From the NCBI GenBank assembly GCA_008690995.1, contig VRMN01000001.1:3162001-3226000 (forward strand): a stretch of DNA of 64,000 bases, read 5' to 3'. Source of the DNA: Porphyridium purpureum (taxonomy: Eukaryota). Positions 28,940 through 37,734 of the stretch are shown here, in pieces. The translations under genes were made by a program, and so were the position numbers. Under the pieces are notes generated by a model, which saw nothing but the letters and a program-made list of their open reading frames with translations, was not told the DNA's origin and made no database searches. The number at the start of each line of letters is the position of its first letter. Within the stretch, counting starts at the first letter, position 1.

Positions 28940-29998
28940 TTAACCCTCCTTTTTCATGAGCTGGCGCCTCCCGCCAATCAACCCGGCCTTAACATACTCT
29001 TTCTTGAGTCGTTTGACCAGTTGCTGCGCCTTGAACGGATTCGTTGGATACTGCGGATCCATGAGCAGTAAGTTCTGTGCCAGAATTTCCGATACAATGG
29101 CATTCCTCGCCCACTTTTCATTGGATGGCACAACATACCAGGGTGCTTGCTCAGTGGCGGTTCTGGTAATGGCGTCCTCCCAGGCCTCTTCATACTGAAG
29201 CCAAAGTGCACCTCGAGAAAAGTCTTGCGGTTTAACATTCCACGCCTTGAGCGGCATGACTGAGTTGAGGCCCAGTCGAGCTAGCTGCTCGTCCTGTGAA
29301 ATGTGCAACAACACCTTGACCACGTGCATGCCATTGAGAGACAAGATGCGCTCGAACGCGTTGATCATTTCGAAGCGTTCGCGGAGCTCGCGCTCGCTCA
29401 CAGTGCCTTGGACTCGTGCCGTGACTACGTCCTCGTAATGCGAACGCACCCATGCGCCAATAAAGCCGCGCGGCGGGATCTGCGCGTGCACTCGCCAAAG
29501 AAAATCATGTTCACGTTCTTCCTGCGTTGGGACACCAAAGTGAGCTACGTGGATACCGGCAGGGTGCAGACCAGCCAGCACGCGCTTAATGACCGTTGAC
29601 TTGCCGGAGGTGTGCATTCCGTGCACGATGAGTAGCAGGGAGCGCTCGTGCTCGGCAAACAAGCGGTTCTGGAGCCTGGCAGCGAGTAGCGCATTCTCTC
29701 TCAGAACGCGCAGCGCCTCGGTACGATCCGCCACCGGGGTCACCTGAGAAGGATCATACCTTCCACTGGACAAATCCAGCCGCTGCTCCGTCCCGGGCGG
29801 ACAGACAACGCGGTACGGTTCCACTGATGGGTGTGGCGCCGTAAACTCCGGCAGCGCGTCCACGCCTGTGTACCGGGCGTTTCTCGCCATGCATATCGTC
29901 CCTCCCTTCCCGCTCTTGCCTCTACGCCGACATAGCCATTGTTGCCGCCGCGCCGGCCGCCCCAATTCAACCGCTGCAACTCCAAAGCATTCCATCAT
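28940..29998 (-). CDS. Polyphosphate kinase 2 (PPK2, class III-like) family protein with putative plastid transit peptide
   Basis: SLLLIVHGMHTSGK, FGVPTQEEREHDFLWR, IGAWVRSHYEDV and APWYVVPSNEKWARN. The N-terminus MMECFGVAAV...RRQQWLCRRR...ICMAR looks like a transit peptide. The upstream part of the ORF-track call is probably non-coding. Confidence 0.85.
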   Translation of the reverse strand: MMECFGVAAVELGRPARRQQWLCRRRGKSGKGGTICMARNARYTGVDALPEFTAPHPSVEPYRVVCPPGTEQRLDLSSGRYDPSQVTPVADRTEALRVLRENALLAARLQNRLFAEHERSLLLIVHGMHTSGKSTVIKRVLAGLHPAGIHVAHFGVPTQEEREHDFLWRVHAQIPPRGFIGAWVRSHYEDVVTARVQGTVSERELRERFEMINAFERILSLNGMHVVKVLLHISQDEQLARLGLNSVMPLKAWNVKPQDFSRGALWLQYEEAWEDAITRTATEQAPWYVVPSNEKWARNAIVSEILAQNLLLMDPQYPTNPFKAQQLVKRLKKEYVKAGLIGGRRQLMKKEG

Positions 29999-30537
29999 GC
30001 CACCGCCGCCACCGCCGCCACCACCACCACCCTTCACCGCATTTCCGACGCTGCCAAGCTTTTGCACGCCGCCCGCATGGTCAATCGGTTTGTCGGCGTA
30101 TCGGTTAGACGGTTTCTCGGTTAGATGGTTTCGCTGAACCGAATCACAAACGGAGTTGAGCGACCACTGTACCTCGTTTGTGACTGTCGGTTTGTGCCGG
30201 TCGTTGCAGCGAGTGGACGTGTTTCGATGGAGAGACGCGTTCACACGGGTTCCTGCCGTTGTGCTGTCGTCGTCTGTTTGTCGCGCTGCGCCGACGGACA
30301 GGGCGCAATGCAGTCTATCGAGCCGCGTACGTTTCGTCCGCACAGCTGATGCGGAAGGCCGCGCCTGGCCCTTCGCGAGCGCTTTATGCGCGAACGCGCA
30401 GCGCGTCAGACCTGCACGCGGTACGGAGTGAGAAGGACGCGGACGCCTGCTTTGCTCAGATGCTTTTAATCGGATTGCCGCGCTTGAATCCATCCTCACG
30501 GCACGTCGCTCAGGCAAGCGATACGCACGGGACTCAC

Positions 30538-30573
30538 GCTCCTGAGGCTCCTGAGGCTCCTGATGATCCTGAT
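30538..30573. repeat. 9-bp tandem repeat (GCTCCTGAG)x4, imperfect, between the divergent PPK2 and NR genes
   Basis: gctcctgag gctcctgag gctcctgat gatcctgat. Confidence 0.7.
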
Positions 30574-30675
30574 ACAGCAGCTCCCTTTCTGAAAAGAGAC
30601 GCACAAGCAGCAGAAAGCGTGGTCCATGCGAATTCAGAAAGTTCGCAAGGCAAGAATGCGTTGGTGGTCACCAGA

Positions 30676-32460
30676 ATGGACGTCATCTCGGCAAAACACG
30701 CTTGTTTCTGCTCGCTGCAACCCCGGGACGTTTACACGGTGAGTGGTGACGCTGACACTGCACGCAAAAATGTGCGTGCAGCTCTCCTTTCGGACTACCG
30801 ACCTGGCGGGCTGGGCCCGCAGCATGTGGAAACCCGAATTTCTGCTGCAGACATGAATACGCCGGACGCGTGGGTACCGCGCTCCGAGGCGTTGATTCGG
30901 CTGACGGGAAGCCATCCTTTCAACAGCGAGCCGGAGATTGGGCTCCTGTTGGACCAGGGCTTCTTCACACCGCCGTCAATTCACTACATCCGCAACCACG
31001 GGTACGCGATGAAGGACATGAGCTGGGAGACACACGAGCTCACGATTGGTGGGCTCGTAAGCAAGCCAATGACGCTGTCCATGGACCAGCTGGCGGCAAT
31101 GCCGTCCGTGTCGCTCCCCGTGACGCTCGTTTGCGCCGGGAACCGCCGCAAGGAGCAGAACATGACCAAGCAGACCATGGGTTTCAGCTGGGGTCCGTGC
31201 GCCGTGGGTACGCACATGTGGACGGGCGTGCGGCTGCGCGACCTGCTTTTGGCTGCGGACGTGGACCTCGGCAAGGGCAAGCACGTGTGCTTTGTGGGTG
31301 CCGAGGACCTGCCCAAAGGCAAGTATGGGACGTCGATCCCGATCTCCCTAGCCCTGGACGTCTTTGGGGAGGTACTGATCGCGTATGAGAACAATGGCAT
31401 GCGGCTGACGCCCGACCACGGCTTCCCGGTGCGCGTGATCATTCCTGGGTGGATTGGTGGGCGCATGGTGAAGTGGCTCAAGGAGATCACGGTCACGGAG
31501 GAGCCGTCGGACAATTACTACCACTTTTATGACAACCGGATCATGCCGCCGCACGTGACGGCCGAGCTGGCGGAGAAGGAAGGCTGGTGGAGGCGGCCCG
31601 AGTACCTGTTCAACGAGCTGAACATCAACTCGGCGATTGGCTCGCCGAACCACGATGAGCGGATGGACTTGAGCGCTGGTAGCAAGAGGTATACGATGCG
31701 CGGGTACGCCTACTCTGGCGGCGGACGTAAGATCACGCGCGTGGAAGTCTCGATGAACGGTGGGAAAGCATGGGACCTGGCAGAGGTGCACCGCTGGGAA
31801 GAAAAATTCAGCCACACGACCAAGTTTGGGCGCTACTACTGCTGGGTGTTCTGGACGATGGAGGTCGACACTTTTCGCTTTCTGGAAAGCGCTATCGACA
31901 CGGGCGAGATTGTGTGCCGCGCTTGGGACGAGTCGAACAACTCGCAGCCCGCGACGCTGACCTGGAACTTGATGGGAATGGGCAACAACCCGCACTTCCG
32001 CGTCAAAATACATCGGGAGCGCACCAAGGCTGGCTTTTGCCTGCGCTTTGAGCACCCCACGGTGGCTGGACCGACGAGGGGCGGATGGATGAGTCCATTA
32101 GACTCGCAGGGCTCTGAGATGGAACCCTGTATGCTCGTACAGGGGAAGATGCCTGCGGGCAAGGCGGCCCCGGCGAGCAGGGATCTATGGAAGTCGTACT
32201 TTAAATGGGCGGAGATTCGAAAGCACGACCACGACGGATCGGCGTGGATTGTCGTGCACGGCAAAGTGTATGATTGTACGCCATTCCTACCGGAGCATCC
32301 AGGGGGCGGCTTGTCGATTGTGATGAACGCCGGAATGGACTCGACTGGGGAATTCGACTCGATTCACTCGTCAGAGGCACGTAATTTACTTGAGGAGTTT
32401 CTGATAGGGGAGCTTGACCCTGGCGAGACGCAGGAATTCATTGCACGTGAGGAAACATAA
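30676..32460 (+). CDS. Nitrate reductase-like protein: Moco, dimerisation and cytochrome b5 domains, lacking the FAD/NAD(P)H domain
   Basis: TPDAWVPRS...LIRLTGSHPFNSEP, HYIRNHG, TLVCAGNRRKEQN, DHGFPVR, GGRMVKWL, GYAYSGGGRKITRVE, then the b5 domain WIVVHGKVYD...EHPGG...FDSIHS...IGEL and a stop 14 codons later. Confidence 0.92.
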   Translation: MDVISAKHACFCSLQPRDVYTVSGDADTARKNVRAALLSDYRPGGLGPQHVETRISAADMNTPDAWVPRSEALIRLTGSHPFNSEPEIGLLLDQGFFTPPSIHYIRNHGYAMKDMSWETHELTIGGLVSKPMTLSMDQLAAMPSVSLPVTLVCAGNRRKEQNMTKQTMGFSWGPCAVGTHMWTGVRLRDLLLAADVDLGKGKHVCFVGAEDLPKGKYGTSIPISLALDVFGEVLIAYENNGMRLTPDHGFPVRVIIPGWIGGRMVKWLKEITVTEEPSDNYYHFYDNRIMPPHVTAELAEKEGWWRRPEYLFNELNINSAIGSPNHDERMDLSAGSKRYTMRGYAYSGGGRKITRVEVSMNGGKAWDLAEVHRWEEKFSHTTKFGRYYCWVFWTMEVDTFRFLESAIDTGEIVCRAWDESNNSQPATLTWNLMGMGNNPHFRVKIHRERTKAGFCLRFEHPTVAGPTRGGWMSPLDSQGSEMEPCMLVQGKMPAGKAAPASRDLWKSYFKWAEIRKHDHDGSAWIVVHGKVYDCTPFLPEHPGGGLSIVMNAGMDSTGEFDSIHSSEARNLLEEFLIGELDPGETQEFIAREET

Positions 32461-33447
32461 CCTTTCAAGCCATCCGGCCACCGGTGACGCCCTTGAAAGC
32501 TCGTTTCTGAACAGTACTGTCCTTGAGATAAGACTGGCCCCTTGAGTTCTTGACACTGAGTCGGAGGAGATCAAGGAGTGAGCGTCGCCTGGAATCACAG
32601 CCAGAATCGTTCCGAGAAGAATGCTGAAGAAGCGCACTGAGTTGCATCTTTCCTGTGCAGTGACCTTTGCCAAAAATGCGCAGGCCATAGGTCAAGACAA
32701 ACATGAAATTTTGTTGGCGTTGAGGAAAATGCCAAGTGGACGAATCTGTCATCAAACTAACTTGAGAATCGCCACGGTCCTGCGGCGACATAAGTCTTTA
32801 GCAAATGACGAGTCTTTCCCATTTCTATTTCACCCGAAGCCGCAGTGCGCCCACGCATGCGCGACGAGCGCACGCCGTCTGACTCTCGGTCTGGCTGGGC
32901 GCAGGTCGCACCCGCCGTTTCTGCGTTCCTCTCTTCCGTCGCTGCCCCTCTGAGCGATATTGCAGGGCATGTGCGACTCGTCAAACGGCCGTACCCTAGC
33001 CGAACGCGGCGATCGGACTGAGATGTACCTCACTGAACCGCCTTTCTAAAATTTACAGGACTTTTGCTGCGGCTTACTTTTTCACGCAGGCCGCTCGTGC
33101 CGCTTTCTTCTATCAAAATGGCGTGATTTCACGAGACGCTCGTGGAAGGAGGGCCGGAGCTGGTGGGACGCGCGTGGGGCAGCGCTTCATGCGTTGAGAG
33201 TTTTGGGACGGAACGGATTCTCCTTGCACGTGTCGCGGGCGCCAGTTTGAAACGGGGCGTTGGTGACGCGACGTGGTATTTGTGACCGCGCTGACGGTGT
33301 GTGTTCGAAGACTTCGAGATATAAGATAGGCTGCGCGCGGCAGAGATACGGAAGCGTGGATGCGGGGCGCGAGGCGCAGAGAAGTGCGGTGGGAGAAAGA
33401 AAGAGCGCTGTGCTGGGCAGGAAACAGTGGAGGGAAGGCAGTAGAGG

Positions 33448-33984
33448 ATGGCGGCTTTTGTACCCGCGGATATGGGCCAGCTGGTTGTGCCGACGAATGG
33501 CGTGCGCAAAACGGCGGCGTCCAGCAGGACGGTATTGCAGAGAAAGGCGCACTCGGCCCGTCCTTCTTGCCGCGTCAAAATGATGGCGACTGTGATTGAC
33601 GTAACGGGCCAGATTGTTCCGCTCGACTTGGACTACATGAAGGAGGAGCTTGACAATCCGTTGAAGGAGATCCAGGAGACCATTTGCTCGTTTATGAATC
33701 GTGACCATCTTGGCGACCTGCTCCAGTACGTTCACAACTTTTCGGACATGTTGACCGAAGAGGCCATGGAAGAGGTCACCCAAGTGGAGCTCTTTCAAGT
33801 GGATCAGTACGGCCTTAGCATCGAGATCGTGTTGTGTGGGAAAGAGGACGAACGCTGCGTCTGTCTGCGGCCGAAAGTGCCGTGGCGCGGCGAGAACAAC
33901 GAAGAGCGGCGATGTGACACTGTTGATGATGTGCTCTTCTGCTTGGGGGAGATGAGCCAGCGGTGCGGACTGCCGGCACCCTGA
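33448..33984 (+). CDS. Plastid-targeted stand-alone DUF2470 (DRI)-like protein
   Basis: MAAFV transit peptide; ICSFMNRDHLGDLLQY...VDQYGLSIEI resembles the DUF2470 pattern HMNxDH...vDxxG. Confidence 0.62.
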   Translation: MAAFVPADMGQLVVPTNGVRKTAASSRTVLQRKAHSARPSCRVKMMATVIDVTGQIVPLDLDYMKEELDNPLKEIQETICSFMNRDHLGDLLQYVHNFSDMLTEEAMEEVTQVELFQVDQYGLSIEIVLCGKEDERCVCLRPKVPWRGENNEERRCDTVDDVLFCLGEMSQRCGLPAP

Positions 33985-34145
33985 GCGCCGTTGTGACGCG
34001 AGCTCACCAGATAATATTCGTTTCAACTTGCACATATGGAGTGTGGCACACACATTTTTTTTTTTCATTTTTTTGATCTACGTAAGGAGCTTTTAGCCTG
34101 CGTGAGGGCGCGCAGGCTCAGTCACCCTACGTGTGACAAGATTTT

Positions 34146-34859
34146 CTACTGAGCTAGTTCAATCGTGTAAAACACAATACGTGTGCTTTGTAGCAGGACT
34201 GCGCTCTCGAAATCATTCCTGCTCTGCCCGTTCGGATTCGCCATGCTCTGCTCGAGCTGTATACGCTTCAAATCGTACCCATTCTTGACGGCTTTATACA
34301 CACTTGCCACAAACGTATCGAAAGAGTCTGGCAGTCCGACAATTTCTTGGCTGACAGAGGTGTCCCGAGGGACGTTCATGTGGCGAAGTGTCTTGTACAC
34401 AATGGTGATCCAAACCGTGCGGAATTCGAGCTCATCTGGCTGAAGTCGCCTTTTCGATGAGCCTTGGCGGCTTTGCAGTTCGAAAAGGATGGGATTAAGT
34501 CCAAAGCCCGCTTGATAGGCTTGCAGAACTGCAGCTATGAATTCCTTCAGCGCATCAACATACGGCTTGTTGCCCGGCATGCAAGCCGTAAGAAAGGCGT
34601 CCTCAATCACATCGACACATTTCGCCTGGTCCTCATCGCCGCCTCCTGCGGCCATTCGCATTCTACTCTTCTGCGGTCGGAAGCCCAGACACCTCGCACG
34701 AAGTAAGCGAGCATGCTGCGCTCGAGCCGGGGAACGGAGCGACGCCAAAACCGACTCCTTGCGGTCCTGTGGAAGATGAATTCGGAATTGTCTCGGAGCG
34801 CTCACGCCGCCGGGCATAAACGCTGCTGCATCGTATGCTCTCGCGCGCCTCGTCTCCAT
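34146..34859 (-). CDS. Hypothetical protein, probably plastid-targeted, with an internal two-fold repeat
   Basis: Arg/Ser/Ala-rich N-terminus (AAAFMPG...RMRMAAG) followed by a helical domain; FIAAVLQAYQAGFGLNPILFEL resembles FVASVYKAVKNGYDLKRIQLEQ. Confidence 0.6.
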   Translation of the reverse strand: METRRARAYDAAAFMPGGVSAPRQFRIHLPQDRKESVLASLRSPARAQHARLLRARCLGFRPQKSRMRMAAGGGDEDQAKCVDVIEDAFLTACMPGNKPYVDALKEFIAAVLQAYQAGFGLNPILFELQSRQGSSKRRLQPDELEFRTVWITIVYKTLRHMNVPRDTSVSQEIVGLPDSFDTFVASVYKAVKNGYDLKRIQLEQSMANPNGQSRNDFESAVLLQSTRIVFYTIELAQ

Positions 34860-35017
34860 GGTTGACGCGTGCTTGTCGCTCTGTATCGAACGGTGCTCCG
34901 ACATGCCGAGCACACAACAGAGCACACCGCCGTGGAGACGTGGGAGATGCACTGTACCTCTGCCTCACTCTATAACTGTACTTCTAGGGTTATTTCCGCG
35001 TTTTCGCGTCCAGGCGT

Positions 35018-35069
35018 GTTGGCAAGTTGGGCAAGTTGGGCAAGTTGGCGAAGTTGGGCAAGTTGGCGA
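35018..35069. repeat. 9-bp tandem repeat (CAAGTTGGG/GAAGTTGGC) about x5 in a 260-bp divergent intergenic region
   Basis: gttggcaagttgggcaagttgggcaagttggcgaagttgggcaagttggcga. Confidence 0.85.
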
Positions 35070-35120
35070 GGGCGCGAGAGACGGGAGTGTGATGTGAAGG
35101 AGCCATGTGCGCACGAAACG

Positions 35121-36768
35121 ATGAACTTTCGCGCAAACTACTTGGCGTCGCTGGGCTTTGAAAAGGAGACGCTGGCCAAGACCGAGTTTGACTCGCTGCT
35201 CAGCGATCAGCTGGCGGGCGCGCACGTGTCACTGGAAAACCTGCGCAAGCTCAGCGTGCGTCTGGGCGTGCCGGTCAAGTGGCGACCCGTGGCGTGGAAA
35301 TTGCTCCTGGGCGTCCTGCCGCCCCACTTCGCGGCATGGGCAAGCGCGGCGCTCGCGCACAGCCGCACGTACAATGATCTGCTCAAGGCCAGCCGCGTCG
35401 TTTTTTTTTGAGCAGTTCCGCAAAGCTGACATGTCGCGCGAGGATGAGATCGTGTGCACGTACAAAGTGCTTCTCGCGCTCGGGCTCGACAAAGGTAATA
35501 GTGTCCAGAAAAGGAGAGATACTCGAGCGGCGGCGGCGGCGCAGCCGTGCATCCCGTCGCTCGCGCAAGTGCGCACCTGCATGACCACCACGGAGGAACG
35601 GCGCATCTATTGCGTTGCGCGCGAGTTCTGTTCCGTTTTCAGTAATCAAGTCGACGCATTCTGGGCGATGGTCAAATTTCTAGAGCGGCAAGAGATCGTC
35701 GTCTTTTCCGAGCGCTCCGGCCAGCCACTGCACGCGTGGGGAATTCTTCATCGCATCATGGTCGTGCGTGAGATCGTCCAGCGCGACGAGCCTGATTTCT
35801 ACAAGCATCTGGATAAGCTTGGCATCCATGACGAGCAATTCTTGAGCGTGTGGTTTCGATCTTTCTTTGCTGAGTGTTTCAGCTCCGCTCAAGTCGTCAG
35901 CATCTGGGACCGGCTCATTTCGACGCCGTCGGATTACATCGTGTTTGTGGCGATATCACTTGTGCAAGCTCTCAAGGACACGGTCGTGAAGTGCACTTCA
36001 GCGCCTGAGTGCATGAAGCTTTTACTGAAGCCAAAGGGCATCTTGATTGAGTCACTGTGGAACTTTGCGTTCGAAAAGCAGACGTATGACATCAGCTCAG
36101 ATATTTTCAAGTCGTCTATCCGAATGGACCTACACTGGCCAGTGGTGAAGATGGGTGACCGGTCACCTCTGGTTTGGATTCTGCAGTACCTTCTCAGGTT
36201 CCAGGGGCTCACGGGTTTATTTGCCGTGGATGGGTATTATGGGCAGCGCACGGTGCACGCGGTCGATAGGCTCTTGAACAAGATGAAGAGCAGCGAGTTG
36301 GGAAATGCTGACGCTGCCACGCGAAGTTTATCGCGAGCATCATTGAGCAAGGAACCTGTGAAACAGCAAAGTACTCGCCTGACCAACTCCGTACCTGTCG
36401 CAGACAAATCGCCTCGAGCAAGCGCCGATCAATTCGAAAGCTCGACGTGCAATGCTCTTCTGCTATTTCCGCAAGACACCCTCGCTTCCATTGGCAACCA
36501 CGATCCACGACGCATCGACTCTGCCATCTGGCCGTACCTAGCAGGCTACTATGCGACCAAGGGCACTCGAGGAGATATTGTTCGGGCCATCCAGACTGCG
36601 CTGGTCTATCTGCACGGTTACAAGAACTTGCGCGTGGACGGCGTTTTCGGGCAGAATACTTTGGACGTTGTGAAGGATTTTCAGTCCAGGCGGTCGTGCT
36701 CGTTTACCATCGACGGCGTTGTGGGTCCCATCACGTGGCTGCAGCTCATCGGGGTGCCGGATCCTTGA
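35121..36768 (+). CDS. TBC1D7: TBC1D7-like TBC domain protein fused to two C-terminal peptidoglycan-binding (PG_binding_1) domains; 1-nt frameshift at T9 (35401-35409)
   Basis: MNFRANYLASLGFE...LENLRKLSVRLGVPVKWRPVAWKLLLGVLPPH...YNDLLKASRVV matches the TBC1D7 N-terminus. The protein continues in the +1 frame with DAFW, WFRSFFAECF...IWDRLIS. The C-terminus has KMGDRSPLVWILQYLL...VDGYYGQRT and KGTRGDIVRAIQTAL...VDGVFGQNTLDVVKDFQ...IDGVVGPITW. Confidence 0.82.
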
Positions 36769-37734
36769 ACCTTGCGGTCGTCACTGTTTGGACTTTCATG
36801 TATGGGAACGACAGCCACGCATGTGTTCCGATGCTTTCGCTTGTATTGGGGATGCTGGGGTTGGACAGACACGGCGAACGGTTTCTTCATATGGTAATGA
36901 ATTTGGCGCGAGCGCGAGCGTCGAGATCGAACGCTTGCGTGGAACTGCGGATCCAGAGTACGCCGAATCGCCATTCGAGCGAGCCCTTTTGTTCGCGTGG
37001 TGAAACGGATGAATACTTGCGCAAAGATGAGTGCGCAGCGCTTCAGTTGTAACTAGACGTCACGGATCGAGAAATTTCGGGGTTGCATTGGAGGCCTTTT
37101 TTTTCCGGAACAGGGCTGAGCGGTTTCTACAGAGGGAGGGAAGCCCGCGTTCATTCAGCTGTTCTGGAAAGTCATAGACACGGTGCTCCCCTGTCCCAAG
37201 AGCGAAAGGCAGATTGAATAAAGTAGATGACTGGCGTTCGCATTATTTTCTGTTAGTCCGACAAACCTTGAGGCGCCTTACAATTTATCCCCAGACTCGG
37301 CAGATCCGAGATTCCTTGACACCCTTCATCTGAAAGCTCGATTGAATCGGCAGGGGAATTGTCTTGCAGTTGGCCTTCTTGCCTGCGTTTGTCACAGGCC
37401 CCACTGGGAGCTCAGCACATCCACATGCGCTCAGCACCGGAAACATATGCCGTCATCTGCGCGTGCCCGAGAATCTTGACGGTCGAGGACAAGACCCTTT
37501 TTGTCTCCACACGCCTGCACTGGCAGAGCAACTCGCGGTCCGGATTTCACAAAGTACAGTCAGAAGGTACTCTAGTGTACACCCACCGATGCGCGAGATT
37601 TTCACGAGCTCGCGCGCCGTTCGTGCGCAGGGAGCGCGTGTGTGGTTGGTGGGGCACGACGGCTTGGGTGTGATCGTGGGCGTGGATCAGCACGAGACGT
37701 GTCGTGGGTGTTTGCGTAGACAGAGCTTCTCGGG

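Noticed and set aside
29999..30675. Apparent overlap of the PPK2 and NR ORFs, including a poly-Gly stretch
   Set aside because: The overlap comes from non-ATG upstream extensions in the ORF track. Plausible ATGs at 29998 and 30676 leave a normal divergent gap.
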